The position numbers and the translations under genes were made by a program. Of a DNA stretch of 64,000 nt, positions 1 through 8,992 are shown one piece after another; within the stretch, counting starts at the first letter, position 1, and each line of letters begins with the position of its first letter. Below the pieces are notes generated by a model. It had not been told where the DNA came from, searched no databases, and saw nothing but the letters and a program-made list of their open reading frames with translations. The stretch is from Actinomycetes bacterium (lineage in GTDB: Bacteria; Actinomycetota; Actinomycetes; Nanopelagicales; Nanopelagicaceae), in NCBI GenBank assembly GCA_025355305.1, contig JANXZW010000058.1:6332-70331 (forward strand), written 5' to 3'.

Positions 1-1251
1 GAGCGCTACAGCCGTGTTGATCAAGAATTCAGTGTGGCAGGTGGATACGGTGCCTCCTCCGAGGCGGAGTCCATCGCCATGAACCTTGGCCTCCCAGAGC
101 GCATCTTCAATGATTCATTGATTGGTCTCTCGGGTGGGCAGCGTCGCCGCGTCGAACTCGCTCGCCTGCTCTTTGGCGGTTCTGAAACATTGATTCTCGA
201 TGAACCAACCAACCACCTTGATGCCGAATCGATCAATTGGTTACGGGAATACCTCGGAAAATACTCTGGTGGACTTGTGATCATCTCCCACGATGTCAAT
301 CTCATCGAAACCGTCGTCAATAAAGTCTTCTATATCGATGGAAATCGCAACGTCATCGATGTCTACAACATGGGCTGGAAAAAGTATCTGCAACAGCGCG
401 AAGATGACGAGCATCGCCGCAAGAAAGAGCGCGCCAACGCCGAGAAGAAGGCCGCCATCCTTGCCAAGCAGGGTGAGAAGATGCGTGCCAAGGCCTCTAA
501 GGCGGTCGCAGCGCAGGGAATGTTACGTCGCGCCGATGCGCTTCTTGCTGGGCTGGAAGATGTGCGCAAATCTGACAAGGTTGCGAAGTTGCGTTTTCCT
601 ACCCCAGCTCCTTGTGGCAAGACGCCGCTTATGGCACACGGACTCTCTAAATCCTATGGCTCTCTCGAAATCTTCACCGATGTAGATATGGCGATCGACA
701 AGGGTTCGCGCATCGTCATCTTGGGACTCAACGGTGCGGGAAAAACTACTCTCCTCAAGATGCTGGCCGGAGTCACAGAATCCGATACTGGCGAAATCGA
801 ACCAGGACACGGTTTAAAGATTGGTTATTACGCGCAGGAGCACGAGATGCTTGATTTTGAGCGTACGGTGCTTGAAAACATGATTTCATCTGGTGCAGGA
901 GTGGGTGAACCACAGGCGCGCCAAGTACTCGGCTCGTTCTTATTTAGCGGTGACGATGTACAGAAGCCGGTCAAGGTATTAAGTGGTGGGGAGCGAACCA
1001 GACTCGCCCTTGCAACTCTTGTAGTCGGAGCCGCCAATCTTCTCTTGCTCGATGAGCCAACAAATAACTTAGATCCTGCCTCACGTGATGAGATTCTGGC
1101 GGCGCTGGCTGAATATCAAGGCGCCGTTGTAATGGTTACCCACGATGTGGGGGCGGTCGTTGCGCTAAAACCAGAGCGCGTCTTGCTCTTACCCGATGGC
1201 GATGAAGACCTCTGGAATGATGAGTACTTCGACCTCATCGCCCTCGAATAA
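1..1251 (+). CDS. ABC-F family ATPase (5' end lies outside the window)
   Basis: The frame is open from base 1. There are two ABC modules: LSGGQRRRVELARLL plus LILDEPTNHLD, then Walker A GLNGAGKTTLLK, LSGGERTRLALA and LLLDEPTNNLD. A K/R/E-rich linker joins them and there is no TM domain. Confidence 0.9.
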   Translation, partial: ERYSRVDQEFSVAGGYGASSEAESIAMNLGLPERIFNDSLIGLSGGQRRRVELARLLFGGSETLILDEPTNHLDAESINWLREYLGKYSGGLVIISHDVNLIETVVNKVFYIDGNRNVIDVYNMGWKKYLQQREDDEHRRKKERANAEKKAAILAKQGEKMRAKASKAVAAQGMLRRADALLAGLEDVRKSDKVAKLRFPTPAPCGKTPLMAHGLSKSYGSLEIFTDVDMAIDKGSRIVILGLNGAGKTTLLKMLAGVTESDTGEIEPGHGLKIGYYAQEHEMLDFERTVLENMISSGAGVGEPQARQVLGSFLFSGDDVQKPVKVLSGGERTRLALATLVVGAANLLLLDEPTNNLDPASRDEILAALAEYQGAVVMVTHDVGAVVALKPERVLLLPDGDEDLWNDEYFDLIALE

Positions 1252-1264
1252 TAAGTCGCTCTAT

Positions 1265-2656
1265 TTAACCGCGGATCGCAGTAGCAATCTGGCGGAAATC
1301 CTCCACTAAAATGTCAATCTCGTTCTGCTCATGCGCCAAACTAATTAGCCACTGCTCATCGAGTCCCGGAGGCGTGATGATTCCGCGGTTGAGCGACCAG
1401 AGCCACGATAGCTCGGCAACTTTGAAATCGGTGTTCTTGTAATCTCGATAGTTGCGAACAGGGTCGATTGACCAAGTAATGCAACCCTTGATTCCAAAAC
1501 CAACGGTATGTGCTGGGAGCTCATATTCATTGATGATCTCGGTGATGCGATCTAGCGCCTGATAATTCAAGGCCTCGGCCTTGCCAAGACTTGCCTCAGT
1601 ACAGACCTTATCCATCGCTCGTACCCCAGCCATGGCAAGCGGGTTAGCATTGAAAGTACCAAAGTGATGGAAGCGTCCATCAGCCACGGCGCTCATGATC
1701 TCTTTCTTGCCGCCAAAGGCAGCCAGGGGTAATCCGCCACCGATTGATTTGGCCAAACAGATCAGATCAGGTTTAACACCAATTCGAGCAGCAGCACCCT
1801 TTGGACCAGCGGTGAGTCCCGTTTTAACCTCATCAAAGATCAAAATGATGCCGTACTCATCACAAAGCGCACGAACTGCGGCGAGGTAACCCTCATCCGG
1901 CAACACGATGGCTAGGTTCTCCAGAACTGGCTCCATAATCAAACATGCGATCGTCTTGGAGTGCTCCATGAAGATTTTCTCAAGTGCCACAAGATTGTTG
2001 AAAGGAACTACGTAGATCTCACCCGCGAGTGTTCCGACCGGGATTACTGGAGTTGGAGCATCGGCTGGTCCAGCAAACTTAAGATCTGGCTTAGCAGAGA
2101 CCGTGAGTGGGTCATAACTACCGTGGTAGCCACCCTCAATCTTCACGATGCCCTCCTTGCCCGAGTAGGCCTTTGCCAGACGAACCGCGTACATGGTGGC
2201 CTCGGTGCCCGAGTTGGCAAAGCGAATCTGGTCGACATCAAAGCGCTTACAGATGCGCTCCGCACCATCACGTGAAATCGGAGATGGAGTTACAAAGAGC
2301 GTTCCGGTCTCCAGGGCAGCCTTGCTCTCGGCTACGACCTCGGGGTTGAGGTGTCCGGCTAGCATCGCTCCAAATCCCATAGAGAGATCAAGGAGCTGGC
2401 GACCATCGACATCGGTCATCCATGCGCCTTTTGCGCTCACGATAGAGAGTGGATAGGGATCCCAATGTTGGAAACTCGAGGGAACACCCAGTGGCATCGA
2501 TCCCAATGCGAGATCAAACTCAATCCGAGAAGCGAATGAGGATTCTTTAAATCGCTCCCATTCAACCGCGAGTAGTGATTCGACTCGGTTCTGATCGATG
2601 GGGCGAGGGTTATTGCTTAATTTTCTAAAGGTTTGAGGCTCTAGTGTTGAAGTCAT
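1265..2656 (-). CDS. Class III (PLP-dependent) aminotransferase, HemL/glutamate-1-semialdehyde aminomutase-like
   Basis: Motifs FANSGTEATMYAVRLAKAY, IFDEVKTG and LAKSIGGGLPLAAFGG (PLP lysine context). It is 463 aa. Substrate cannot be assigned from sequence. Confidence 0.8.
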   Translation of the reverse strand: MTSTLEPQTFRKLSNNPRPIDQNRVESLLAVEWERFKESSFASRIEFDLALGSMPLGVPSSFQHWDPYPLSIVSAKGAWMTDVDGRQLLDLSMGFGAMLAGHLNPEVVAESKAALETGTLFVTPSPISRDGAERICKRFDVDQIRFANSGTEATMYAVRLAKAYSGKEGIVKIEGGYHGSYDPLTVSAKPDLKFAGPADAPTPVIPVGTLAGEIYVVPFNNLVALEKIFMEHSKTIACLIMEPVLENLAIVLPDEGYLAAVRALCDEYGIILIFDEVKTGLTAGPKGAAARIGVKPDLICLAKSIGGGLPLAAFGGKKEIMSAVADGRFHHFGTFNANPLAMAGVRAMDKVCTEASLGKAEALNYQALDRITEIINEYELPAHTVGFGIKGCITWSIDPVRNYRDYKNTDFKVAELSWLWSLNRGIITPPGLDEQWLISLAHEQNEIDILVEDFRQIATAIRG

Positions 2657-2761
2657 TTACTAACGTTGTGTGCATCGACGACTCTTGGCTGGTGCCAAGA
2701 CACGATGACAGTCTCCCTTATGGTTTTCGCTCCCCTGAATTTCGAGGGTATCTGCAATCCC

Positions 2762-2775
2762 GTATCAATTGATAC
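2762..2775. promoter_or_regulatory. Perfect 14-bp palindrome GTATCAATTGATAC, candidate operator in a divergent promoter region
   Basis: Read directly. It lies in the roughly 280-bp spacer between the aminotransferase (-) and the MFS gene (+). Confidence 0.3.
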
Positions 2776-2938
2776 CAGCTTGCACGAGTGACCCACGACT
2801 CAAAAAGTGCTAACGCCAAGGTAGCAGATCGCCATCTTAAATTCACCTCTGGCAGCCTTTTTGTGGCGCGCCTTAGACTTTTTTACAATAAAGTTCAACC
2901 TTACGCGGAAAATGTCGCACAAAATGGAAGGCTTCAAG

Positions 2939-4423
2939 ATGTCTGCACAGGAAAAGAAAGCACATTGGCAAGTCGGTGACGAAGGTTTAGATCCAAATCG
3001 CTGGTTTGCCTTGGTGGTTATTGCAATTGCCTCACTCATGATTGTTCTCGACGCTTCGATTATTAATCTCGCACTTCCAAAGGCCCAGATTGCTTTGCAC
3101 ATCTCTAATGCAAGTCGTCAATGGGTTGTCACCGCTTACTCTCTAGCATTCGGCTCACTCCTTCTTCTTGGTGGACGTATCGCTGACTATGTTGGACGTA
3201 AGAAGGTCTTCATCATCGGACTCATTGGTTTCGCGGGTGCATCAGCACTGGGTGGTTTTGCAACTAACCAAGGTCTCCTCTTTGCAGCTCGCGGTTTACA
3301 GGGTGCATTCGCAGCGCTACTCGCACCAGCCGCTCTCGCTCTCATCAATGTGACATTTACAGTTCCTAAAGAGCGCGCTCGCGCATTCGGTGTCTATGGA
3401 GCAATCTCTGGTGGCGGGGCTGCAATTGGTTTGATCGCTGGTGGCGCACTCACTGAGTTTGCAAATTGGCGCTGGTGTCTCTTTGTGAACATTCCGATTG
3501 CTGCAATTGCAGTAGTACTTGCACTTCCTAACTTGCACGAGTCAAAATCAACTGGTGAACACACATACGACATTCCTGGCGCTATCACAGTGACTCTAGG
3601 GCTTGTGAGCCTTGTCTACGGGTTTAGCCAAGCAGCAAGTCATGGTTGGGCTAACATTCACACCTACCCATTCTTCGTGCTAGCGGCTCTACTACTCATC
3701 ACATTTATCGTTGTTGAAATGCAGGTTGGAAATCCACTTCTCCCACTTCGCGTCCTTAATGAACGCAACCGTGGTGGTTCTTATCTCGCATCACTTTTGA
3801 CGGGTACCGGACTCTTTGCGATGTTCCTATTCCTTTCGATCTACATGCAGAATTTCTTGCACTACTCACCACTTCGCTCGGGCTTCGCGTTCTTACCTTT
3901 TAGTGGTGGAGTCATCATCGGCGCTGGTATCGCTTCACAGTTGCTTCCCAAGGTTGGCCCGCGCCCATTAATGGTCGGCGGACTCATTGTTGGAGCTGGT
4001 GGATTGATATTGCTCTCAGGAATTACACCAACCACTAAATACGCCACAGGCATATTGCCTGCGATGGTCATCATGTCCCTCGGCCTAGCTTTTGTATTTA
4101 TTCCGAGTGCCAGCACCGGTCTACACAATGCAGGCTCGCGTGATGCAGGTGTCGCGGGTGCAATGCTCAACACCAGCCAACAAATTGGTGGATCTCTGGG
4201 CGCAGCCCTACTTAATACCGTTGCGATCTCTTCAACTGCCGCCTACGTCAAGGGTCACACCTCACTCGGCGCCAAAGCACCCATCTTTGGAGCGGTCCAC
4301 GGCTTTAGTACTACCTTCAAATTCGGTGCGGGCTTCTTAATCGCTGCGGCAATTGTCTCTGCTCTGCTCATCAACGCCGGCAAGGACTCTTTGGTCGAGG
4401 CTGAAGGAGGCGTTGCCGCCTAA
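2939..4423 (+). CDS. MFS transporter, DHA2 (EmrB/QacA-like, about 14 TMS) drug/H+ antiporter family
   Basis: LDASIINLALP motif near TM1 and many hydrophobic segments. The ORF track opens at a TTG at 2861. ATG 2939 is preceded by GGAAGG 7 nt upstream and is preferred. Confidence 0.8.
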   Translation: MSAQEKKAHWQVGDEGLDPNRWFALVVIAIASLMIVLDASIINLALPKAQIALHISNASRQWVVTAYSLAFGSLLLLGGRIADYVGRKKVFIIGLIGFAGASALGGFATNQGLLFAARGLQGAFAALLAPAALALINVTFTVPKERARAFGVYGAISGGGAAIGLIAGGALTEFANWRWCLFVNIPIAAIAVVLALPNLHESKSTGEHTYDIPGAITVTLGLVSLVYGFSQAASHGWANIHTYPFFVLAALLLITFIVVEMQVGNPLLPLRVLNERNRGGSYLASLLTGTGLFAMFLFLSIYMQNFLHYSPLRSGFAFLPFSGGVIIGAGIASQLLPKVGPRPLMVGGLIVGAGGLILLSGITPTTKYATGILPAMVIMSLGLAFVFIPSASTGLHNAGSRDAGVAGAMLNTSQQIGGSLGAALLNTVAISSTAAYVKGHTSLGAKAPIFGAVHGFSTTFKFGAGFLIAAAIVSALLINAGKDSLVEAEGGVAA

Positions 4424-4485
4424 ATTCGCAATGCGAATCTAGGCTTACTGCGATAGATTGCTACTTGCGAATGGTTCGCAAGTAG
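4424..4485. promoter_or_regulatory. Two palindromes sharing a TTCGCA/TGCGAA core, upstream of the NiCoT gene (operator and/or MFS terminator hairpin)
   Basis: ATTCGCA-A-TGCGAAT at 4424-4438. CTACTTGCGAA-TGG-TTCGCAAGTAG at 4461-4485 has a perfect 11-bp stem. AGGAGGA lies at 4493-4499 and the ATG at 4504. Confidence 0.35.
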
Positions 4486-4503
4486 CAGGATCAGGAGGAA
4501 TCC

Positions 4504-5697
4504 ATGAACGCTCCGGCGGCTCTCCAAAAGAAGAGGTCAAAGAACCCCTTCGCTAGCCTTTCGGCCGATGAACGACGTCGACTGCTGGCGATGTTCGGGG
4601 TTATCTTCTTTCTACTCTTTGGTGGCCTCATTCTCATGGCGCTCGCCACTTCAAGCCATTATCGCTTGGCAGATGGAACGATGTTTGGGTGGGGTACTGG
4701 ATTTCTAGCATTGACCCTCGGTATGCGCCACGCCTTTGATGCCGACCATATCTCCGCAATTGATAACACCACCCGAAAGTTGATGGCAGAAGGTCAGCGC
4801 CCTATGGGCGTGGGCTTCTTCTTCTCCCTCGGCCACTCCTCCGTTGTGACGGCGCTGGCGATCTTCCTTAACTTCGGAATTAAATCTTTGGGTATGCAGG
4901 TAAAGAATCAAAATTCAAAGCTACACCACTACACCAGCCTCATCGGAACGTCGGTAAGTGGCACCTTCTTAGTCCTCATCGCTCTGCTCAATCTAATAGT
5001 CCTGCTCTCAGTTCTTAAAGTCTTCGTGGCAATGCGTAAAGGTAGTTACAACGAGGTTGAACTCGAGAAGCATCTTGATTCACGCGGATTCATGATGCGA
5101 TTCTTCGGCCCAATTGCTCGTCGCATTGATAAAAGCTGGAAGATGTACCCACTCGGCATTCTCTTCGGACTGGGTTTTGATACCGCGACTGAGGTAGCAC
5201 TCTTAGTTCTTGCTGGCTCCACTGTTATCGCGGGACTGCCTTGGTGGGCAATTCTTTCTCTGCCTATGCTCTTTGCCGGAGGAATGAGTCTGCTGGATAC
5301 CATCGACGGATCCTTCATGAACTTTGCCTACGGTTGGGCCTTCTCAAAGCCAGTGCGCAAGGTCTACTACAACATTGTCATTACAGGACTCTCCGTCATT
5401 GTTGCGCTCTTTATCGGTGGTCTAGAAGTGGCTCAAGTCTTCGCACAGCAATTAAATCTGACCGGTGGCTTTTGGAACTATGCCCTGGCCTTCAATATCA
5501 ACAAAGCCGGTTTCATTATCGTGATCATGTTTGTAGCAGTGTGGGCAATCGCGCTCACTGTCTGGCGTTTTGGCAAGATTGAGAGCCGATGGCACGACCA
5601 CGCACACAGAGCTCAACAGGAGCGTGGAGAGTCCGAGAACCACGCGGCAGCTGGAATTGAACTTGGGCCTATCACCGAAGGCTTCAAGATAGTTTAA
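4504..5697 (+). CDS. High-affinity nickel/cobalt transporter, NiCoT (HoxN/NixA) family
   Basis: Family signature RHAFDADHISAIDNTTRK, plus GFFFSLGHSSVV and GLGFDTATEVALL. It is a multi-TM protein. Confidence 0.88.
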   Translation: MNAPAALQKKRSKNPFASLSADERRRLLAMFGVIFFLLFGGLILMALATSSHYRLADGTMFGWGTGFLALTLGMRHAFDADHISAIDNTTRKLMAEGQRPMGVGFFFSLGHSSVVTALAIFLNFGIKSLGMQVKNQNSKLHHYTSLIGTSVSGTFLVLIALLNLIVLLSVLKVFVAMRKGSYNEVELEKHLDSRGFMMRFFGPIARRIDKSWKMYPLGILFGLGFDTATEVALLVLAGSTVIAGLPWWAILSLPMLFAGGMSLLDTIDGSFMNFAYGWAFSKPVRKVYYNIVITGLSVIVALFIGGLEVAQVFAQQLNLTGGFWNYALAFNINKAGFIIVIMFVAVWAIALTVWRFGKIESRWHDHAHRAQQERGESENHAAAGIELGPITEGFKIV

Positions 5698-5709
5698 GTC
5701 AGTCAGAGT

Positions 5710-5755
5710 AAGAAGGGCGCTTGCTGGAGGGAACCCCCCGGCAAGCGCCCTTCTT
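5710..5755. terminator. Bidirectional intrinsic-terminator-like hairpin between convergent NiCoT and ino1
   Basis: AAGAAGGGCGCTTGC and GCAAGCGCCCTTCTT form a perfect 15-bp stem with a 16-nt loop. A/T runs flank it on both sides. Confidence 0.75.
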
Positions 5756-5760
5756 TAAAA

Positions 5761-5799
5761 TATTAACTTATTAACTTATTAAATTATTAAATTATTAAC
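5761..5799. repeat. AT-rich 8-bp tandem repeat TATTAA(C/A)T, about 4.5 copies
   Basis: TATTAACT TATTAACT TATTAAAT TATTAAAT TATTAAC, read directly. The last copy contains the ino1 stop codon. Confidence 0.8.
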
Positions 5800-6898
5800 G
5801 CTCGACTGTGCCAGCAATGAACTCTTCAACGCGCTCATGTGCAACCTCATCGGTGTATTGCACTGGTGGGGACTTCATAAAGTAGCTCGAAGGTGAGAGC
5901 AGAGGTCCACCGATCTTGCGATCGAGTGCAATCTTTACGCAACGCAGGGCGTCGATAATGACACCTGCTGAGTTGGGTGAATCCCAAACTTCTAGTTTGT
6001 ACTCAAGGTTGAGTGGAACATTACCAAAGGCACGACCTTCAAGGCGAACATAGGCCCACTTGCGATCATCGAGCCAAGGGATGTAATCAGATGGTCCGAT
6101 GTGCACGTTCCTAGCGCCCATATCGTGGTCGAGTTGTGAAGTTACAGATTGAGTCTTGGAGATCTTCTTTGACTCAAGGCGATCGCGCTCCAACATGTTC
6201 TTGAAATCCATGTTTCCACCAACATTGAGTTGATAGGTGCGATCAAGGTGAACTCCACGGTCCTGGAACAACTTAGCCATAATACGGTGCGTGATAGTTG
6301 CGCCAACCTGTGACTTGATGTCATCGCCAACTATTGGAACTCCGGCCTTGGTGAACTTCTCGGCCCAGACTGGATCAGATGCAATGAAGACTGGAAGTGC
6401 GTTTACAAACCCAACACCGGCATCAATTGCACATTGTGCGTAGTACTTTGCTGCCTCTTCGGAGCCGACAGGCAAGTAGCAGATCAATACATCGACATTG
6501 CGCTCTTTGAGGGTGGCAACGATGTCAACTGGAGAAGCCGTCGATTCAACGATTGTCTCGCGGTAGTAGCGACCGAGTCCATCCAGGGTGTGGCCACGTT
6601 GCACGATCAGCCCCGTAGGCGCTACATCACAGAACTTGATCGTATTGTTCTCAGAGGCCCAGATAGCATCTGCGAGATCAAGGCCAACCTTCTTGGCATC
6701 AACATCAAATGCGGCAACGAAATTCACGTCGCGAACATGGTAGCCACCAAGGACAGCGTGCATTAGTCCAGGGATTTCGACATCTTCTGCCGCATCCTTG
6801 TAATACGTCACGCCTTGGATGAGCGAATTGGCGCAGTTTCCTACGCCGATAATCGCTACGCGGATCTCTCTACTATTCGTCACATTTTCGTTGCTCAC
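5795..6898 (-). CDS. ino1: myo-inositol-1-phosphate synthase
   Basis: N-terminal Rossmann motif [17 protein letters not shown] and family-typical length. The start was moved to GTG 6898, which forms a GTGA overlap with the padR stop. The ORF-track ATG at 6937 would overlap padR by 43 nt. Confidence 0.88.
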   Translation of the reverse strand: MSNENVTNSREIRVAIIGVGNCANSLIQGVTYYKDAAEDVEIPGLMHAVLGGYHVRDVNFVAAFDVDAKKVGLDLADAIWASENNTIKFCDVAPTGLIVQRGHTLDGLGRYYRETIVESTASPVDIVATLKERNVDVLICYLPVGSEEAAKYYAQCAIDAGVGFVNALPVFIASDPVWAEKFTKAGVPIVGDDIKSQVGATITHRIMAKLFQDRGVHLDRTYQLNVGGNMDFKNMLERDRLESKKISKTQSVTSQLDHDMGARNVHIGPSDYIPWLDDRKWAYVRLEGRAFGNVPLNLEYKLEVWDSPNSAGVIIDALRCVKIALDRKIGGPLLSPSSYFMKSPPVQYTDEVAHERVEEFIAGTVER

Positions 6899-7437
6899 GA
6901 AGACTTCCTCTCGGTATTGATCATCTCTTGTAACCAAGCGATTTCGCGCTCAGCGGATTCCAATGAGTGACGACGCCACTCAACTAAATAACGGTCGATT
7001 CCCTCAGGTGACTTCTCAAGTTCGCTCCGTAGGATTTTGGCCTTCTCATCGAGCTTGTGGTGGCGACCTTCCAGGATTTGGAGACGGTTGCGCTGTGGCG
7101 TTGGACCAAAGAAAGCGAACCGAACTTCAAAACTTTCATCTTCCCAACTATCGGGCTCACTACTCGCTGAGATTGACTCAAAACGGGTGCGGCCCTCGGG
7201 GGTGATTGCATAAACGATCCGGGAGCGACGGCTGCCACCAACCTGCGTTGAGAGGCTCTCCTGAATTACCCCAGCCTCCAACATGCGATGCAGCTGTGGA
7301 TAGAGAACGGAGAAAGAGAGAGCGCGGAAGGGACCATAAATAGCCGTCATCCGCTTGCGGAGCTCATAGCCGTGGAGTGGACCCTGGCTGAGGACGCCTA
7401 AGAGGGCGAACTCAAGGGATTCACTTCGCGAGCGCAT
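6895..7437 (-). CDS. PadR family transcriptional regulator
   Basis: Winged-helix signature [19 protein letters not shown]...[13 protein letters not shown] with a C-terminal coiled-coil part. It lies immediately upstream of ino1 and is coupled to it. Confidence 0.85.
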   Translation of the reverse strand: MRSRSESLEFALLGVLSQGPLHGYELRKRMTAIYGPFRALSFSVLYPQLHRMLEAGVIQESLSTQVGGSRRSRIVYAITPEGRTRFESISASSEPDSWEDESFEVRFAFFGPTPQRNRLQILEGRHHKLDEKAKILRSELEKSPEGIDRYLVEWRRHSLESAEREIAWLQEMINTERKSS

Positions 7438-7472
7438 TGATGGACTCCAACTCTAGGCAGATCATTCGTTAG

Positions 7473-7513
7473 TATCGAATCGATATAACGAACCGTAACC
7501 TATCGAATCGATA
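7473..7513. promoter_or_regulatory. Two identical 13-bp palindromes TATCGA-A-TCGATA, candidate PadR operators
   Basis: Copies at 7473-7485 and 7501-7513, 28 bp centre to centre. They lie in the divergent spacer between padR (-) and the LysE-family gene (+). Confidence 0.5.
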
Positions 7514-7558
7514 CAAAACTGTCCACTTCAAAACGCCCGAGAGCACTACTCTCGCAGA

Positions 7559-8209
7559 GTGATCTTGATCATTCCAACCCATTTCTGGGAGTACATAGTC
7601 GCGGCCACGCTCATTGTTCTCGCTCCCGGCCCCAGTGTCCTCTTTACTATCGCGCGAGCGATCTCCTGGGGAAGATCGGCCGCGCTAGCTAGCGTGCTTG
7701 GAAATGTGTTGGGTGAGTTCCTGCTAACCGCCGTGGTCGCGATCGGCTTGGGGCCAATCCTCCAACGTTTTCACCCTCTTTACCTCGGGGTGCAATGGTT
7801 TGGGGCTGGTTACCTGGTCTACCTCGGAGCAGATGCCATAAGCAAGAGGCGGGCCTATGCCGGTGCGATGAATGATGTTTCAGCTAACCGACCGAGCTTC
7901 ATCACAACCGTAAAAGAGGGGTTCCTGGTCGGCCTCTTTAATCCCAAGAGTCTGGTCTTCTTCGCCGCGATCCTCCCCCAATTCGCTGATCGCCCAAGGG
8001 GTCATTTGACGGAGCAGCTGCTACTGATGGGGGCTGCTTTCTGCCTGCTAGCGCTCTTCTTCGATGGTCTCTGGGGATTGATTGCTGGTTCGATCCGAGA
8101 TTGGCTCTCCACAGATCTTAAAAAATTGGAACGGCTGCGCCTGGTGGGTGGTCTAGTCATGGTTGGGTTGGGAATTTTCACCTTTCTTAACTCACTCCTT
8201 CAGGGTTGA
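7559..8209 (+). CDS. LysE/RhtB family amino-acid exporter
   Basis: About 6 TM segments, N-terminal LAPGPSVLFTIARA motif, 216 aa, GTG start. Confidence 0.8.
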   Translation: MILIIPTHFWEYIVAATLIVLAPGPSVLFTIARAISWGRSAALASVLGNVLGEFLLTAVVAIGLGPILQRFHPLYLGVQWFGAGYLVYLGADAISKRRAYAGAMNDVSANRPSFITTVKEGFLVGLFNPKSLVFFAAILPQFADRPRGHLTEQLLLMGAAFCLLALFFDGLWGLIAGSIRDWLSTDLKKLERLRLVGGLVMVGLGIFTFLNSLLQG

Positions 8210-8317
8210 GAAAGTTTTCGTGGCGCACTGCACACTTGTCACTCCCTTGGTACAGACTTAGCCCACAAATAAAATAATTGAGGGTAAATCCCTCTCTCCT
8301 GAGAGAAGTAGGTCATC

Positions 8318-8992
8318 ATGGGCGAACCACGCGCCGCCATTAGTCCAAGCCACTTAACGTATGCCTGGGGAGATTGTCACCGCTGTCTCTGGTTGCAGTA
8401 CAACCATTCAGTCGCAGTTCCCATGACGATGCCCCTGATCGGAGATCTCGCCGATATGCAGGAGCGCTACTTCATCGGTGCAAAGACCTCCGATATGCAC
8501 CCAGCTCTGCCCGAGGGCAAGGTCCATTCGCATGGCGGGTGGGTTCTCTCAAAAAATATCGTCGTTGATGGAATCGACTCAGGGCTCTTTATCCGCGGGA
8601 AGTACGACCTGCTCCTTGAATTTGCTGATGGCACATTTGGCATCATTGACTGCAAGTTACAGAAGAAGGATTATGACAAGAGCAGCTTCTATGCCCCACA
8701 ACTTGAGGCCTATGCCTTTAGCCTGGAGAACCCGCAGAAAGATGCTCCTAAACAGATCTCCCTTGTTGGCCTTTACACCTGGTCGCTAGATCGTGCCTCT
8801 GGAAACTTAGCGGCTGGCTTCGGTTATCGTGTTAATAGTTCATGGTTTCCTGCGGCGCGAAATCCCATCGCGCTACAAGAACGATTATCGGATTTGGTAC
8901 GGATGATTCGCGGAGAGTGTCCTTCGCCCAAGGATGGATGTGGAACCTGCGAATATGTTTATTCCCGCCGCGAAATACTGGGGAATGGCTAA
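8318..8992 (+). CDS. PD-(D/E)XK nuclease superfamily protein, Cas4/RecB-nuclease-domain-like with a Cys cluster
   Basis: N-terminal CHRC, GKYDLL...IIDCK (D...(D/E)XK), QLEAY (QxxxY) and C-terminal ECPSPKDGCGTCEY. This is the Cas4/AddB nuclease-domain motif order. Confidence 0.6.
   Translation: MGEPRAAISPSHLTYAWGDCHRCLWLQYNHSVAVPMTMPLIGDLADMQERYFIGAKTSDMHPALPEGKVHSHGGWVLSKNIVVDGIDSGLFIRGKYDLLLEFADGTFGIIDCKLQKKDYDKSSFYAPQLEAYAFSLENPQKDAPKQISLVGLYTWSLDRASGNLAAGFGYRVNSSWFPAARNPIALQERLSDLVRMIRGECPSPKDGCGTCEYVYSRREILGNG

Noticed and set aside
4424-4503. Possible cobalamin riboswitch ahead of the Ni/Co transporter
   Set aside because: Only 80 nt are available and no B12-box-like sequence is visible. 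Protein operators or a hairpin explain it better.
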